This document shows, in pieces, positions 8,607-17,931 of a stretch of DNA of 41,383 nucleotides. Numbering within the stretch: position 1 is the first letter of the stretch; the number at the start of each line of letters is the position of its first letter. A program made the position numbers and the translations under genes. The notes under the pieces are model-generated. The model had not been told where the DNA came from. It ran no database searches and saw only the letters and a program-made list of their open reading frames with translations. The stretch is from Spirochaetia bacterium (GTDB lineage: Bacteria > Spirochaetota > Leptospiria > Turneriellales > JAOUOS01): the NCBI GenBank assembly GCA_029880285.1, contig JAOUOS010000030.1:1-41383 (forward strand). The letters run 5' to 3'.

Positions 8607-9674
8607 ATGCAGAAAAAACATCATTTAACACGAAATGTAATTCAAAAACTGCGAAAAAAGGGACACGAGAAACTGACATTCATGATTGTTCCGCACAGTG
8701 AAAAACATATTATTCATCTTCAATTGAGTAAGTTTACAGTAGCGTTTATAATTTTTATTATATTAGCTGTATTTTCAGCATCTTTATTATCTATGAAACT
8801 TCAAAATAACATAAGAGGTGAAGTTAATCAATTATACGCTAATTCGAAAGTATATTTAAATGAAAAAAACCAGTATCTTTCAAAATTAGATGAGCTAATG
8901 GAAAATCAATATGAAATAAAAGAAAAACTGTATAATTATTTTGAAAAAGCAGAACTTGAAAAAACTGAACTAAAGGTTTTTTTTTCAGATGATGTTATCT
9001 ATAGACAGGCAGAAGAGCAAATATTAAAAGAAAGTAAAGACTTAATAGAAAGAGTAATTTTAATTGAGCAAAAACATAAAAACAATGAAACTAATTTACA
9101 AATAACGAGTATTGAAGAGGACCTTTTGTCTGGCTGGGAAAATAATCAAATAAATCGTAATTTTTCTTACAATGAAGATGTTTTAGCTTATAGAAAACTA
9201 AGCATCGAAATGAAACAAACCATACAAGCTTTAAAAACAATTCAAAATTTTTTAGATGAAAGAATAAACGTGCAAAATGGTCTTCCCTATTATTGGCCAG
9301 TCGCTGGGGGTCGATTTACTTCTTTTTATGGGCCCAGAATTTCTCCCTTTGGATATACAAACGAGTTTCATCTTGGTGTTGATTTAGCTGACGCCGTAGG
9401 TACACCAATTTTTGCCTCTGCAAATGGAGTTGTTATTAAGAGAGGTTATGGCGGCGGATATGGATTAAGGCTGGTTTTACAACATGAATATGGTTATCAG
9501 ACTTTATATGCACATCTAAACAAGGCAAAAGTAAAAGTAGGTGATAAAGTAAAAAAAGGACAAGTTATAGGATATATGGGAAAAACCGGTCAGGTTACAG
9601 GTCCTCATTTGCATTATGAAGTAAAAATGCAAAATAAACAGATAAATCCGTTGCCGTACTTATCTAATTTGTAA
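8607..9674 (+). CDS. M23 family metallopeptidase (LytM-like) with N-terminal TM helix and coiled coil
   Basis: The ORF is 355 aa. It has 'HLGVDLAD' (HxxxD) and 'GPHLHYEV' (HxH), both intact. There is one N-terminal TM helix and a long coiled-coil segment. Confidence 0.85.
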   Translation: MQKKHHLTRNVIQKLRKKGHEKLTFMIVPHSEKHIIHLQLSKFTVAFIIFIILAVFSASLLSMKLQNNIRGEVNQLYANSKVYLNEKNQYLSKLDELMENQYEIKEKLYNYFEKAELEKTELKVFFSDDVIYRQAEEQILKESKDLIERVILIEQKHKNNETNLQITSIEEDLLSGWENNQINRNFSYNEDVLAYRKLSIEMKQTIQALKTIQNFLDERINVQNGLPYYWPVAGGRFTSFYGPRISPFGYTNEFHLGVDLADAVGTPIFASANGVVIKRGYGGGYGLRLVLQHEYGYQTLYAHLNKAKVKVGDKVKKGQVIGYMGKTGQVTGPHLHYEVKMQNKQINPLPYLSNL

Positions 9675-9872
9675 TATCAAAATGCCTATAAAGGTAACTA
9701 TAATCAAAATACGCGGAAAAAATAAAACTGTGTGAAAAATAATTATAGTATATTTAACAAAAAATATAATTAAAAATTATAATAACAATAAATTCTTTTT
9801 GTTATAACAAAAAGGAAAAAATTCAATATAATTAAGGTATTAAGAATAAAAAGAATAAAAAACAAAAAATAA

Positions 9873-10484
9873 ATGGTAACAGAAAATAAAAATCGAAATG
9901 TTTGGAATTCACATTATACTAAACCAGAAGCTAAATTAAAAATTCCGGATGAAAATGTAGTAAGATATTTTATTAAATACTTACAAAATAAAAAAAACGA
10001 AAACTTAAAAGTATTAGATTTAGGCTGCGGTTCGGGCAGACATCTTTTCTATCTAAAAGAAATAGGTATAAGCGCGGTAGGTTTAGATTTTTCTTATGAA
10101 GCTTTGCTTTCTTTACCTTTTAAGAAAATACTTTCTTCTGTCGATTGTATACCTTTTGCCGATAACAGTTTTGATGTTGTTTTATCATGGGGGGTTTTAC
10201 ATTATCTTTCAGAAGAAAACGCGAAAAAATCAGTAATAGAAATCAATAGAATTTTAAAAAAAGAAGGAAGCTTCTTATTAACAATTAGATCAGATAAAGA
10301 CACGCATCTAAATAATGTTTTAAAAAAAGGGGCACTAAAAGACGGTAGTGCTTTATTATATTCTAAAGAAAAAGCTGAAGAACTTCTTTCTAATTTTTCT
10401 GATATTCGTTATGGCTTTATTTCACGCATACCTTTAGGTGAAAATAAACTTATTGCACATCATATTTTTGAAGCGCGAAAATAA
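9873..10484 (+). CDS. class I SAM-dependent methyltransferase
   Basis: The ORF is 203 aa. It has the motif-I sequence 'VLDLGCGSGRH' and a motif-II-like sequence 'VVLSWGVLHY'. Confidence 0.7.
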   Translation: MVTENKNRNVWNSHYTKPEAKLKIPDENVVRYFIKYLQNKKNENLKVLDLGCGSGRHLFYLKEIGISAVGLDFSYEALLSLPFKKILSSVDCIPFADNSFDVVLSWGVLHYLSEENAKKSVIEINRILKKEGSFLLTIRSDKDTHLNNVLKKGALKDGSALLYSKEKAEELLSNFSDIRYGFISRIPLGENKLIAHHIFEARK

Positions 10485-11380
10485 TGAAATGTAAAGTATG
10501 TCAAAGTTCAAACAATTATTTATGGTCAGTTATTGATAAATTTGAAAAAGATATTTTTATAAGAAAATGCGCGAACTGTCTTTCGTTATTTCAATATCCC
10601 CAATTAAATGCGAAAGAATTTTATAATCAGGGATATTATGAAGGCAGGGCAGATTATACATATTACGACGAAAGAAAGGTTCTTCAAGGCGCAAAAAAAG
10701 TTTGGGTTTCAAGATTAAAAACAATACAGCGTTATAAGAAATCAGGAAGGTTTTTAGATGTTGGATGTTCTTTTGGAGGTTTTGTTTATGTAGCCTCTCA
10801 AAATTTTGAGAGTTATGGATTAGATATATCTAATTTTGCCGTAAATGAAGGATTGAAGTGGGTTCAAAAATTAAAACTTGCGCCAAAATACAAAGGATTG
10901 TATCAAGGCAGTTTAATAAATCTGCCCGATAGAAAAATCTTTAAAAACGAAAGTTTTGATGTAATTACCATGATTGAAACAGCTGAACATTTAGATGAGC
11001 CCGTCTCGCATTTTCAATCGGCTTACCGTTTATTAAAGCCAGGAGGATTTTTAATTATACAAACAGCTAATTTTGACGCATGGCAGGCAATAAAAGAAAA
11101 AGATAAATATCATTATTTTTTACCCGGACATCTCGTTTATTTTACGGCTTCTGGCTTAAAAAATATGCTTCAACAAATAGGTTTTAATAAATTTAAAGAA
11201 TTTATACCTGTCGATTTTTCTCTTTTGGCAAAGTTACAAAAAGCTAAGTCGGGTTTTAATTCTATTAAAGACTATAAAAACTGGATGAAAATTATATTGT
11301 ATCATATTCACTCATTTAGAAAAAAGAAAGGAAAATATATAAATTCTTCGTATGTTTTATACGCATACAAACCGTTATAA
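10484..11380 (+). CDS. class I SAM-dependent methyltransferase with N-terminal CxxC...CxxC zinc ribbon
   Basis: The ORF is 298 aa. It has 'CKVCQS...CANC' at the N-terminus, motif I 'FLDVGCSFGG', and 'LLKPGGFLII'. Its start overlaps the stop of the upstream methyltransferase (TAATG). Confidence 0.65.
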   Translation: MKCKVCQSSNNYLWSVIDKFEKDIFIRKCANCLSLFQYPQLNAKEFYNQGYYEGRADYTYYDERKVLQGAKKVWVSRLKTIQRYKKSGRFLDVGCSFGGFVYVASQNFESYGLDISNFAVNEGLKWVQKLKLAPKYKGLYQGSLINLPDRKIFKNESFDVITMIETAEHLDEPVSHFQSAYRLLKPGGFLIIQTANFDAWQAIKEKDKYHYFLPGHLVYFTASGLKNMLQQIGFNKFKEFIPVDFSLLAKLQKAKSGFNSIKDYKNWMKIILYHIHSFRKKKGKYINSSYVLYAYKPL

Positions 11381-11424
11381 ATAAATCATTGTCTAATTAT
11401 TAAAGAAATTAAAGTTGAACTGAT

Positions 11425-12210
11425 ATGAAAATTTTTCAAAAAACAGGCGAAGGATTTCTAAATTTATTAGAAGAAATTGGTTCTTTTAGTATATTTGTGT
11501 TTGAAACTCTTAAGCTTATATTTGCGAGACCATTTGATATTAAAGCGCTTATTTTTCAAATGCATCAAATTGGCGTAAAATCAATACCTGTAGGCGTTAT
11601 TTCTTCTTTTTTTGTGGGAATGGTGATGGCATTACAGCTAGGTGGACCTATGGAAGAGCAAATTCAGGGTATAACCACATATATGGGCGGTGGTATTTCT
11701 ATGGCTATGGTTAGAGAGTTAGCTCCGGTTTTAACAGCGGTTTTATTAGCGGGCAGGGTGGGTTCTTCTATAGCCGCTGAGGTAGGTACCATGAAAGTTA
11801 CAGAACAAATTGACGCGTTAAGCACATTAGCCACAAATCCTGTTCAATATTTATCTGTTCCCCGTTTTTTGGCAGCTATTATTTCACTGCCTCTTGTGGC
11901 AACTATGGCTATTTTAGTAGGTGTTTTTGGCGGAGCTATAATTTCATATGTTAGTCTTGATATTCCCTTGGGAACTTATTTTGAAAGCGCGAGAAATATG
12001 CTTAGAGCGAAAGATTTAATTTCGGGAGTAGGTAAAACAATATTCTTTGGCGCAGAAATTGCTCTCATTTCTTGTTTTACCGGTTTCAGAGCAAAAGGCG
12101 GCGCCCAGGGGGTGGGCCAGGCGGCTATTCAGGCTGTAGTCTTTTCTTTTATGGCCATAATAGTTTCTGATTATTTTATTACATATATTTTTCAATTGTT
12201 TGGATTATAA
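11425..12210 (+). CDS. mlaE: MlaE/YrbE-family ABC transporter permease
   Basis: The ORF is 261 aa and polytopic. It has 'IGVKSIPVGVISSFFVGMVMALQ' and 'LSVPRFLAAIISLPL', which match the MlaE family. Confidence 0.8.
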   Translation: MKIFQKTGEGFLNLLEEIGSFSIFVFETLKLIFARPFDIKALIFQMHQIGVKSIPVGVISSFFVGMVMALQLGGPMEEQIQGITTYMGGGISMAMVRELAPVLTAVLLAGRVGSSIAAEVGTMKVTEQIDALSTLATNPVQYLSVPRFLAAIISLPLVATMAILVGVFGGAIISYVSLDIPLGTYFESARNMLRAKDLISGVGKTIFFGAEIALISCFTGFRAKGGAQGVGQAAIQAVVFSFMAIIVSDYFITYIFQLFGL

Positions 12211-12212
12211 GA

Positions 12213-12968
12213 ATGGGGCCGGTTATAGAAATAAAAAATTTAACGAAATCGTTTGGTGACAAAAAGATCTTAAACGGCATAAATCTTGATATTCATAAAG
12301 GTGAAATTATGTACATAATAGGAAAAAGCGGCGCCGGAAAATCTGTACTTCTAAAACATATATGCGCTTTAATGATGCCAGATTCTGGCAGTATTTATAT
12401 TGAGGGTAATGATATTTTTTCAATAAGTAAAAAAGAACTTGAAAAAATAAGAAAAAAAGTAGGCGTATTGTTTCAAATGGCGGCCCTTTTTGATTCGATG
12501 ACTGTATTTGAAAATGTAGCTTTTTCTCTCAGAAGATTTACTAAAAAATCAAATGAAGAAATTAAAACTATTGTTTCTGAAAAATTGGCCCTCGTTGGCT
12601 TAAAATCTGTTGAAGATAAGGCGCCTTCGTCATTATCAGGAGGTATGCAAAAAAGAGTAGGTTTAGCGCGCGCCATTGCTTTAGACCCAGAAATCGTTTT
12701 ATATGATGAACCCACAACCGGTGTAGATCCTATATTGGCTTCGGCAGTAGACGATTTAATCTTGACATTAAGCCGCGAATTAAAAGTAACTACCTTGGTA
12801 ATATCTCATGATATGAATTCAACTTTTAAAGTAGCCAGTAAAGCGGCTATGCTGTATGACGGTAAATTTATATTAACAGGAGAGCCAGAGGAATTTAAAG
12901 AATGCAAAGATCCTATTGTAAATCAGTTTATTCGAGGCGAAGCCAAAGGACCAATTCCTATTTTATAA
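12213..12968 (+). CDS. mlaF: MlaF-like ABC transporter ATP-binding protein
   Basis: It has Walker A 'GKSGAGKS', the ABC signature 'LSGGMQKRVGLARA', and Walker B 'VLYDEPTTGVD'. Confidence 0.85.
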   Translation: MGPVIEIKNLTKSFGDKKILNGINLDIHKGEIMYIIGKSGAGKSVLLKHICALMMPDSGSIYIEGNDIFSISKKELEKIRKKVGVLFQMAALFDSMTVFENVAFSLRRFTKKSNEEIKTIVSEKLALVGLKSVEDKAPSSLSGGMQKRVGLARAIALDPEIVLYDEPTTGVDPILASAVDDLILTLSRELKVTTLVISHDMNSTFKVASKAAMLYDGKFILTGEPEEFKECKDPIVNQFIRGEAKGPIPIL

Positions 12969-12984
12969 TAGGTGATAAATAAAA

Positions 12985-13872
12985 ATGGGTACGAGTAGAA
13001 ATACAGCAATTTACGTGGGATTAATGGTTGTTATAGGGGCCATTATTTTTATAACATCTTTGGCCATTCTTGCCAGATGGCGCGTCGCGGCCGAAGGTTT
13101 TAGCATAGATTTGCAATTTTCTTTCTTAAATAACTTATCAGAAGGAGCTTCTGTAAAAGTTTCAGGAGGTATTCCAGTAGGATACGTAAAATCGATTTAT
13201 CAAAAAGATATGCAGACATACGTGAAACTTTATTTAAATAACGATCTTAGAGACAAAATACCTAAAAGACCAGAAACACAATTTGGGATATACACAACAG
13301 GTCTAATGGGGCAAAAATTTATAAATATAACAATTCCTCCCGCGCAAGAAGGTGATGAATTTATTCAACCGGGAGACGTGTACAAAGGAATAGATCCCCC
13401 TTCTATTGATCAAATGTTGATGGTTTTTTCAAGCTGGTTTGACGGCAAAAGCGGCGGTCAGGTTCTAGCAGAAATTATGCAGGAAACTGAAAGATTTATA
13501 TCAAATTTAAACGCTATAGCCTCTGAAAACAGGCAGGATATAAGGCTTACTATAAAACAGGCAAGAGAATCTTTTAGTAATTTATCAGATCATCTTGATA
13601 TATTAATGAAAAAACTAAACATTTTATCTGAAAACTTTTCAGATATATCAACAAAAAACAAGCAGGATATTCAAATTATGCTTGAGAATATGTCTCAAAT
13701 ATCTAAAGATTTGAATTTAATTACCCAGAGAATTAATTCGGGACGCGGTTCTGTGGGTAAGTTTATTGCCGATGAAAATATTTATGAAAATACCAATGAA
13801 GCCATTGAAAATGCTAAAGAACTTTTTAAGCTTCTAAAAGAAAAACCATGGCTCATGCTTTATAAAGAATAA
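12985..13872 (+). CDS. mlaD: MlaD/MCE-domain protein with C-terminal coiled-coil extension
   Basis: The ORF is 295 aa. It has an N-terminal TM helix, then an MCE-like segment ('SVKVSGGIPVGYVKSI'), then a ~120-aa helical extension. Confidence 0.7.
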   Translation: MGTSRNTAIYVGLMVVIGAIIFITSLAILARWRVAAEGFSIDLQFSFLNNLSEGASVKVSGGIPVGYVKSIYQKDMQTYVKLYLNNDLRDKIPKRPETQFGIYTTGLMGQKFINITIPPAQEGDEFIQPGDVYKGIDPPSIDQMLMVFSSWFDGKSGGQVLAEIMQETERFISNLNAIASENRQDIRLTIKQARESFSNLSDHLDILMKKLNILSENFSDISTKNKQDIQIMLENMSQISKDLNLITQRINSGRGSVGKFIADENIYENTNEAIENAKELFKLLKEKPWLMLYKE

Positions 13873-13873
13873 A

Positions 13874-14446
13874 TTACTCTTCATCATAAAGTTTTTTAAA
13901 ATATTCTTCTTCTTTACCGGTCAGTTTTTCTGTATTTTTATCTGATTTTACGGTTTCTTTATTAATTTTTTTAAAATGATTTCTTATAAATAAACCTGCA
14001 ACACCCGTAAACAAAAGACCTGCTAAATAAATTAAAAGTTCATGTGATTTACTTTGGGGTTCAGTATAACCTTCTTCGCCGATACCTTCTCTGAATACAT
14101 CATGGGATCCTGTCGCACGCGCATGCGCGAACGCGGGATCAGTATCAACTATGTCGTGAAAACCGTTTATAAAACCGTTTATAATATATTCATCAGATTT
14201 ACCTGCCTGTAAAAACTTTTCAATGGCAGAACGCATTGGCCATGCAATGCAGTCGCTCATATTACAGGTGTCAAGAGGAAGTTTGCATCCGCATTGACAC
14301 ATTAATCTTTCAGATATATATTTAAATCTTTTTAATAGAGCCGTATCTTTTAAGCTGCTATGCGCGCTTTGGGCAAATAGGTGAATTGAAAAAATAGTAA
14401 TCGCGCTAATGAACAAAATAAGAACTGATTTTTTTTTGTTTATCAT
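13874..14446 (-). CDS. CcmH/NrfF-like periplasmic cysteine-motif protein (putative cytochrome c biogenesis / thiol-redox)
   Basis: The track ORF starts at 14500. An ATG at ~14446 ('MINKKKSVLILF...') has an AAGGAG Shine-Dalgarno 9 nt upstream and begins a signal peptide. 'LMCQCGC...SAIEKFLQAGKSDEYIINGFINGF' resembles the CcmH 'LRCxxC...GKSxxxI' region but reads CxCxC. There is a C-terminal TM helix. Confidence 0.35.
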   Translation of the reverse strand: MINKKKSVLILFISAITIFSIHLFAQSAHSSLKDTALLKRFKYISERLMCQCGCKLPLDTCNMSDCIAWPMRSAIEKFLQAGKSDEYIINGFINGFHDIVDTDPAFAHARATGSHDVFREGIGEEGYTEPQSKSHELLIYLAGLLFTGVAGLFIRNHFKKINKETVKSDKNTEKLTGKEEEYFKKLYDEE

Positions 14447-14727
14447 TATAAGTTTTCTCCTTAAGTTGAGTATACCAAAATAATGATTATTAGCGGCCAT
14501 GTCCAGAATTTTTTATTGGTAGTCTGAAGTACGGGTAAGAAATTACAAGTTTAGTGATGATTTACAAGATTATTTTTGTTTATTATTTATTTACAGTTAT
14601 CCATAATTAAATATTGAATCTTTCAATATCCTGAAAATCCTGTTAATCCTGTCTTTTTTATATTAAAAAAATAAAAATTTATATATACAATTTATATAAA
14701 ATTTTTATTATGTCCCCTGAAATAAAC

Positions 14728-14754
14728 TAAACTTTTTTTAAAATAAGACGATAT
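14728..14754 (+). promoter_or_regulatory. sigma-28 (FliA)-like promoter candidate upstream of flgB: TAAA-N15-GACGATAT
   Basis: Read from the sequence. It matches the TAAA-N15-GCCGATAA consensus at 4/4 plus 6/8 positions, and ends ~10 nt before the AGGT RBS and the flgB ATG (14765). Confidence 0.3.
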
Positions 14755-14764
14755 AGGTAAAGAT

Positions 14765-15199
14765 ATGATAGATTCAAATTTAAATTGGAACAAGGCTGTA
14801 TATTTTCTTGAAAAGGGACTAGATACGGCAGAGCTTAGAGGCAAGGTTGTTTCTGATAATATAGCTAATGTAGATACGCCGCATTTTAAAAGAAGCGAGG
14901 TAGCTTTTGAGGCTCAGTTGAGGCGTGCTCTTGATTCAGAAAAATATGTTAAAGAAAATGAAGTTCCCGCTAAGGTAACAGACTCAAGGCACTTTTCATT
15001 TTATAAGTCATTAGACTATAAAGATGTTTCTTCAAAGATAAATGTTGATTATTTATCTACCATGAGAAATGATGGTAATAACATAGATGTTGAACATGAA
15101 ATGAATCTCGCCTTAAAAAATCAAATGACTTATGAAATGATGACGGGGCAGATAAACAATCATTTTAGAATGTTAAGTATGGTTATGAGAACAGCATAA
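14765..15199 (+). CDS. flgB: flagellar basal-body rod protein FlgB
   Basis: It has 'RGKVVSDNIANVDTPHFKR' and the rod-protein C-terminus 'NQMTYEMMTGQINNHFRML'. Confidence 0.9.
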   Translation: MIDSNLNWNKAVYFLEKGLDTAELRGKVVSDNIANVDTPHFKRSEVAFEAQLRRALDSEKYVKENEVPAKVTDSRHFSFYKSLDYKDVSSKINVDYLSTMRNDGNNIDVEHEMNLALKNQMTYEMMTGQINNHFRMLSMVMRTA

Positions 15200-15215
15200 A
15201 AGAAGGTAAATAAAT

Positions 15216-15671
15216 ATGTTTAACACGATAAATATTGCTTCAACGGGTTTAAGCGCTCAGCGTCTTAAGATGGATGTTATTTCAAACAATATTGCAAACG
15301 CAGCAACCACAAGAACAACTGAGGGTGACGGACCGTACAAAAGAAGAAGAGTAGTTTTACAGCCTATTAATTTAAGAGCTAAATGGAATTCTCCGGTTTA
15401 TCCTTTTGGCATAAGGCCGGGTGAAGGCAAAGGGGTAAGGGTAGTAAAGGTCGAAAGAGATGACACAACGCCCGTTCGATTGGTATATGATCCCGGTCAT
15501 CCCGACGCCATAAAAATTGGACCTAAAAAGGGATATGTTGAATATCCAAATATCAATCCGGTTACAGAAATGGTCGACATGATTTCGGCCAGCCGTTCGT
15601 ATGAAGCTAACGCTCAGATGATAAACGGATTTAAAAGTATGTTTAGGGCCGCCATGCAGATAGGAAGATAA
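15216..15671 (+). CDS. flgC: flagellar basal-body rod protein FlgC
   Basis: It has 'INIASTGLSAQRLKMDVISNNIANAATT' and 'VEYPNINPVTEMVDMISASRSYEANAQ'. Confidence 0.9.
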   Translation: MFNTINIASTGLSAQRLKMDVISNNIANAATTRTTEGDGPYKRRRVVLQPINLRAKWNSPVYPFGIRPGEGKGVRVVKVERDDTTPVRLVYDPGHPDAIKIGPKKGYVEYPNINPVTEMVDMISASRSYEANAQMINGFKSMFRAAMQIGR

Positions 15672-15724
15672 AAGTATATAAAAATTAATTGACAGGATAT
15701 TGATTATATAGTAGGAGGAATAAT

Positions 15725-16066
15725 ATGGGTATAAGTAGCCAAATATTACCATTAGAGATGGCAAAAGGAGACATAATTCCTTTGAGTGTGTCTCAAAAAA
15801 ATCATTTTAACGAAATAAGGCCTAAAGAAGTTTCAGAATCACCGGCAGAAAATTTCGCGAGTCTTTTGTTTAAGACACTTCAAAAAGTAAACGATCAACA
15901 AGTAGATTCAGAGAAACTATCTCAGCAGTTAGTGTCTGATCCGGGTTCTGTTAGTCTGCATTCTGTATTGATTGCTGCAGAAAAAGCAAGGATGTCGCTA
16001 ACGTATACTAAAACACTGGCAGACTTAGCTGTAAAAACGTATAGAGAATTAATTAATTTGAGATAA
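15725..16066 (+). CDS. fliE: flagellar hook-basal body protein FliE
   Basis: The ORF is 113 aa. Its C-terminus 'LHSVLIAAEKARMSLTYTKTLADLAVKTYRELINL' is FliE-like. Its position between flgC and fliF fits. Confidence 0.8.
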   Translation: MGISSQILPLEMAKGDIIPLSVSQKNHFNEIRPKEVSESPAENFASLLFKTLQKVNDQQVDSEKLSQQLVSDPGSVSLHSVLIAAEKARMSLTYTKTLADLAVKTYRELINLR

Positions 16067-16071
16067 TGTTA

Positions 16072-16098
16072 AAAAAATATAAAAAATATAAAAAATAT
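16072..16098. repeat. tandem repeat (AAAAAATAT)x3 in the fliE-fliF spacer
   Basis: Read directly from the sequence. Confidence 0.6.
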
Positions 16099-16141
16099 AT
16101 TCATAGGGAACTTGGGGAAATTTTTATAAAAAGAGGCCCCC

Positions 16142-17824
16142 ATGCCAGATTTCAAAAATTTATTTGAAAGTATTAAAGAAACATTTAATAAGTTAGAGAC
16201 AACGCAAAAAATAATTGCTGGTGCCGTTTTAGGCACTGTTGTTGTGGCTTTGGTGTTAGTGGCGACTGTTTCATCAAAAGAAAGCAGGGTTGCCTTGTTT
16301 GAAGGCATCAGTACAAAAGAATTCGCAGAAGTAACCGCGAAACTTGAAGAATTGAACTATTCGTTTACAACTTCAGGTACAGAGGGAGTGTTTGTTTCAG
16401 CTGATAAACGTGATGAAATCATGATGAAGCTGGCGCAGGAAGGCATGATTCCCAAAGGTGTTGCCGGCTGGGAGCTTTTTGACATAGATAAGTGGTCAGA
16501 AACCCAGTTTGAAAAAGATATAAAAAAACAAAGAGCCCTAATGGGCGCTATCTCAAAAACATTATCTACTTTAAAATCTGTAAGTGAAGCGACAGTTAAT
16601 ATTGCTTTTCCCGAAGAAGCGTTGTTTGAAGAAAGATTAGAACCCGCAAGCGCTGCTGTTTTACTGAAATACACTCCGGGGGTAGATAAACTCACAAGAA
16701 GAGAAATAGAAGGGATTGTTACTTTAGTGAGCCGTTCTGTTCCGGGATTAAAAAAAGAAAATGTGTCTATCGCTGGCCCAGATGGTGAAATATTGAATGA
16801 TTATGACAATGAAATAGACAAAGAAAAGTGGGAGCTAAAAGCAATTTCAGAGAGACTGAAAATACAAGAAAAAGAAAGGGTTAAGCTATTAACTGATATA
16901 AAAAATTCATTAAATTCTTTTTATGGTAATGATAGAGCTGATATTGTAAGGCTTGAGATAAAAATGCGATGGGATAAAGAAGAAATTGAAAAAACAGAAG
17001 TTGAACCTGTTGTAATGATACCAGATGATCCGAAAACTCCCTATTCTGAACTTCAGGTCAAAGACTCTCTTGAAGTTTCTTCAAAAGTAACATCAGAAAA
17101 GTTTGAAGGTAATGGATTTACTCCAGAGGGTCCGGCCGGAACAGAGCCAAATATCCCTCCCGGTTATAAAGATAAAGATTATCAAAAAGCAAGATACGAA
17201 AAAACAGAAAATATAAAAAATAATGAATTTAATAAAACAAAAAGAAAAATTGATAAACAACCATGGGAAGTAGAGAAAGTAAATTTAGCGGTTATACTTG
17301 ACGGCAGGTGGGAAAATGCAGGTGAAAAGGAAGATGAATCTGGATATAAAAGAAAATATGTATCTGTGAGTGATGATGAGCTAAGAAATGTTCAAGATTC
17401 TCTAAAAAAAGCAATTGGGTTTGATTTGTCTAGAGGCGATCAAATTTCTGTAAAACATATTCAAAAAGATCGTTCGAAAGAGCATGAAAAAGAAGATGCG
17501 GCTCTTAGAAAAAGTAAGATGATAAGAAGACTTCTTTTGGTAGGCTTAATTTCATTTTTAGTAATATTTTTAGCGTTTGCTGTTTATCACGGCATAAAGC
17601 GTGAGATGGAAAAACGACGACGATTAAGAGAAGAGGAACTAGCCGCGCAGCAGCAAATGATGCGAGAAGCCGCGTTACGAGCTATTGAAGAAGAAGGTGT
17701 AGAGGTCGAAATGTCTCTTGAAGAAAGAGCAAGAAAAGAAATGCTTGAAAATGCGATTAATTTGGCCAAAGAAAGACCTGAAGACGTGGCCCAACTATTA
17801 AGAACATGGCTGGCAGAAGAATAA
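16142..17824 (+). CDS. fliF: flagellar M-ring protein FliF
   Basis: The ORF is 560 aa. It has N- and C-terminal TM helices, FliF ring-building motifs, and a charged C-terminal tail that would bind FliG. A GAGG RBS is present. Confidence 0.9.
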   Translation: MPDFKNLFESIKETFNKLETTQKIIAGAVLGTVVVALVLVATVSSKESRVALFEGISTKEFAEVTAKLEELNYSFTTSGTEGVFVSADKRDEIMMKLAQEGMIPKGVAGWELFDIDKWSETQFEKDIKKQRALMGAISKTLSTLKSVSEATVNIAFPEEALFEERLEPASAAVLLKYTPGVDKLTRREIEGIVTLVSRSVPGLKKENVSIAGPDGEILNDYDNEIDKEKWELKAISERLKIQEKERVKLLTDIKNSLNSFYGNDRADIVRLEIKMRWDKEEIEKTEVEPVVMIPDDPKTPYSELQVKDSLEVSSKVTSEKFEGNGFTPEGPAGTEPNIPPGYKDKDYQKARYEKTENIKNNEFNKTKRKIDKQPWEVEKVNLAVILDGRWENAGEKEDESGYKRKYVSVSDDELRNVQDSLKKAIGFDLSRGDQISVKHIQKDRSKEHEKEDAALRKSKMIRRLLLVGLISFLVIFLAFAVYHGIKREMEKRRRLREEELAAQQQMMREAALRAIEEEGVEVEMSLEERARKEMLENAINLAKERPEDVAQLLRTWLAEE

Positions 17825-17931
17825 ACTTTGACATGAAAAAGAGTATAATATATAATTATATTAGGCTGAATGATAATGATAGAAAAAAAAGATAAAAAAT
17901 TTAATATTATATTAAAAAAATGGAGTAATAT

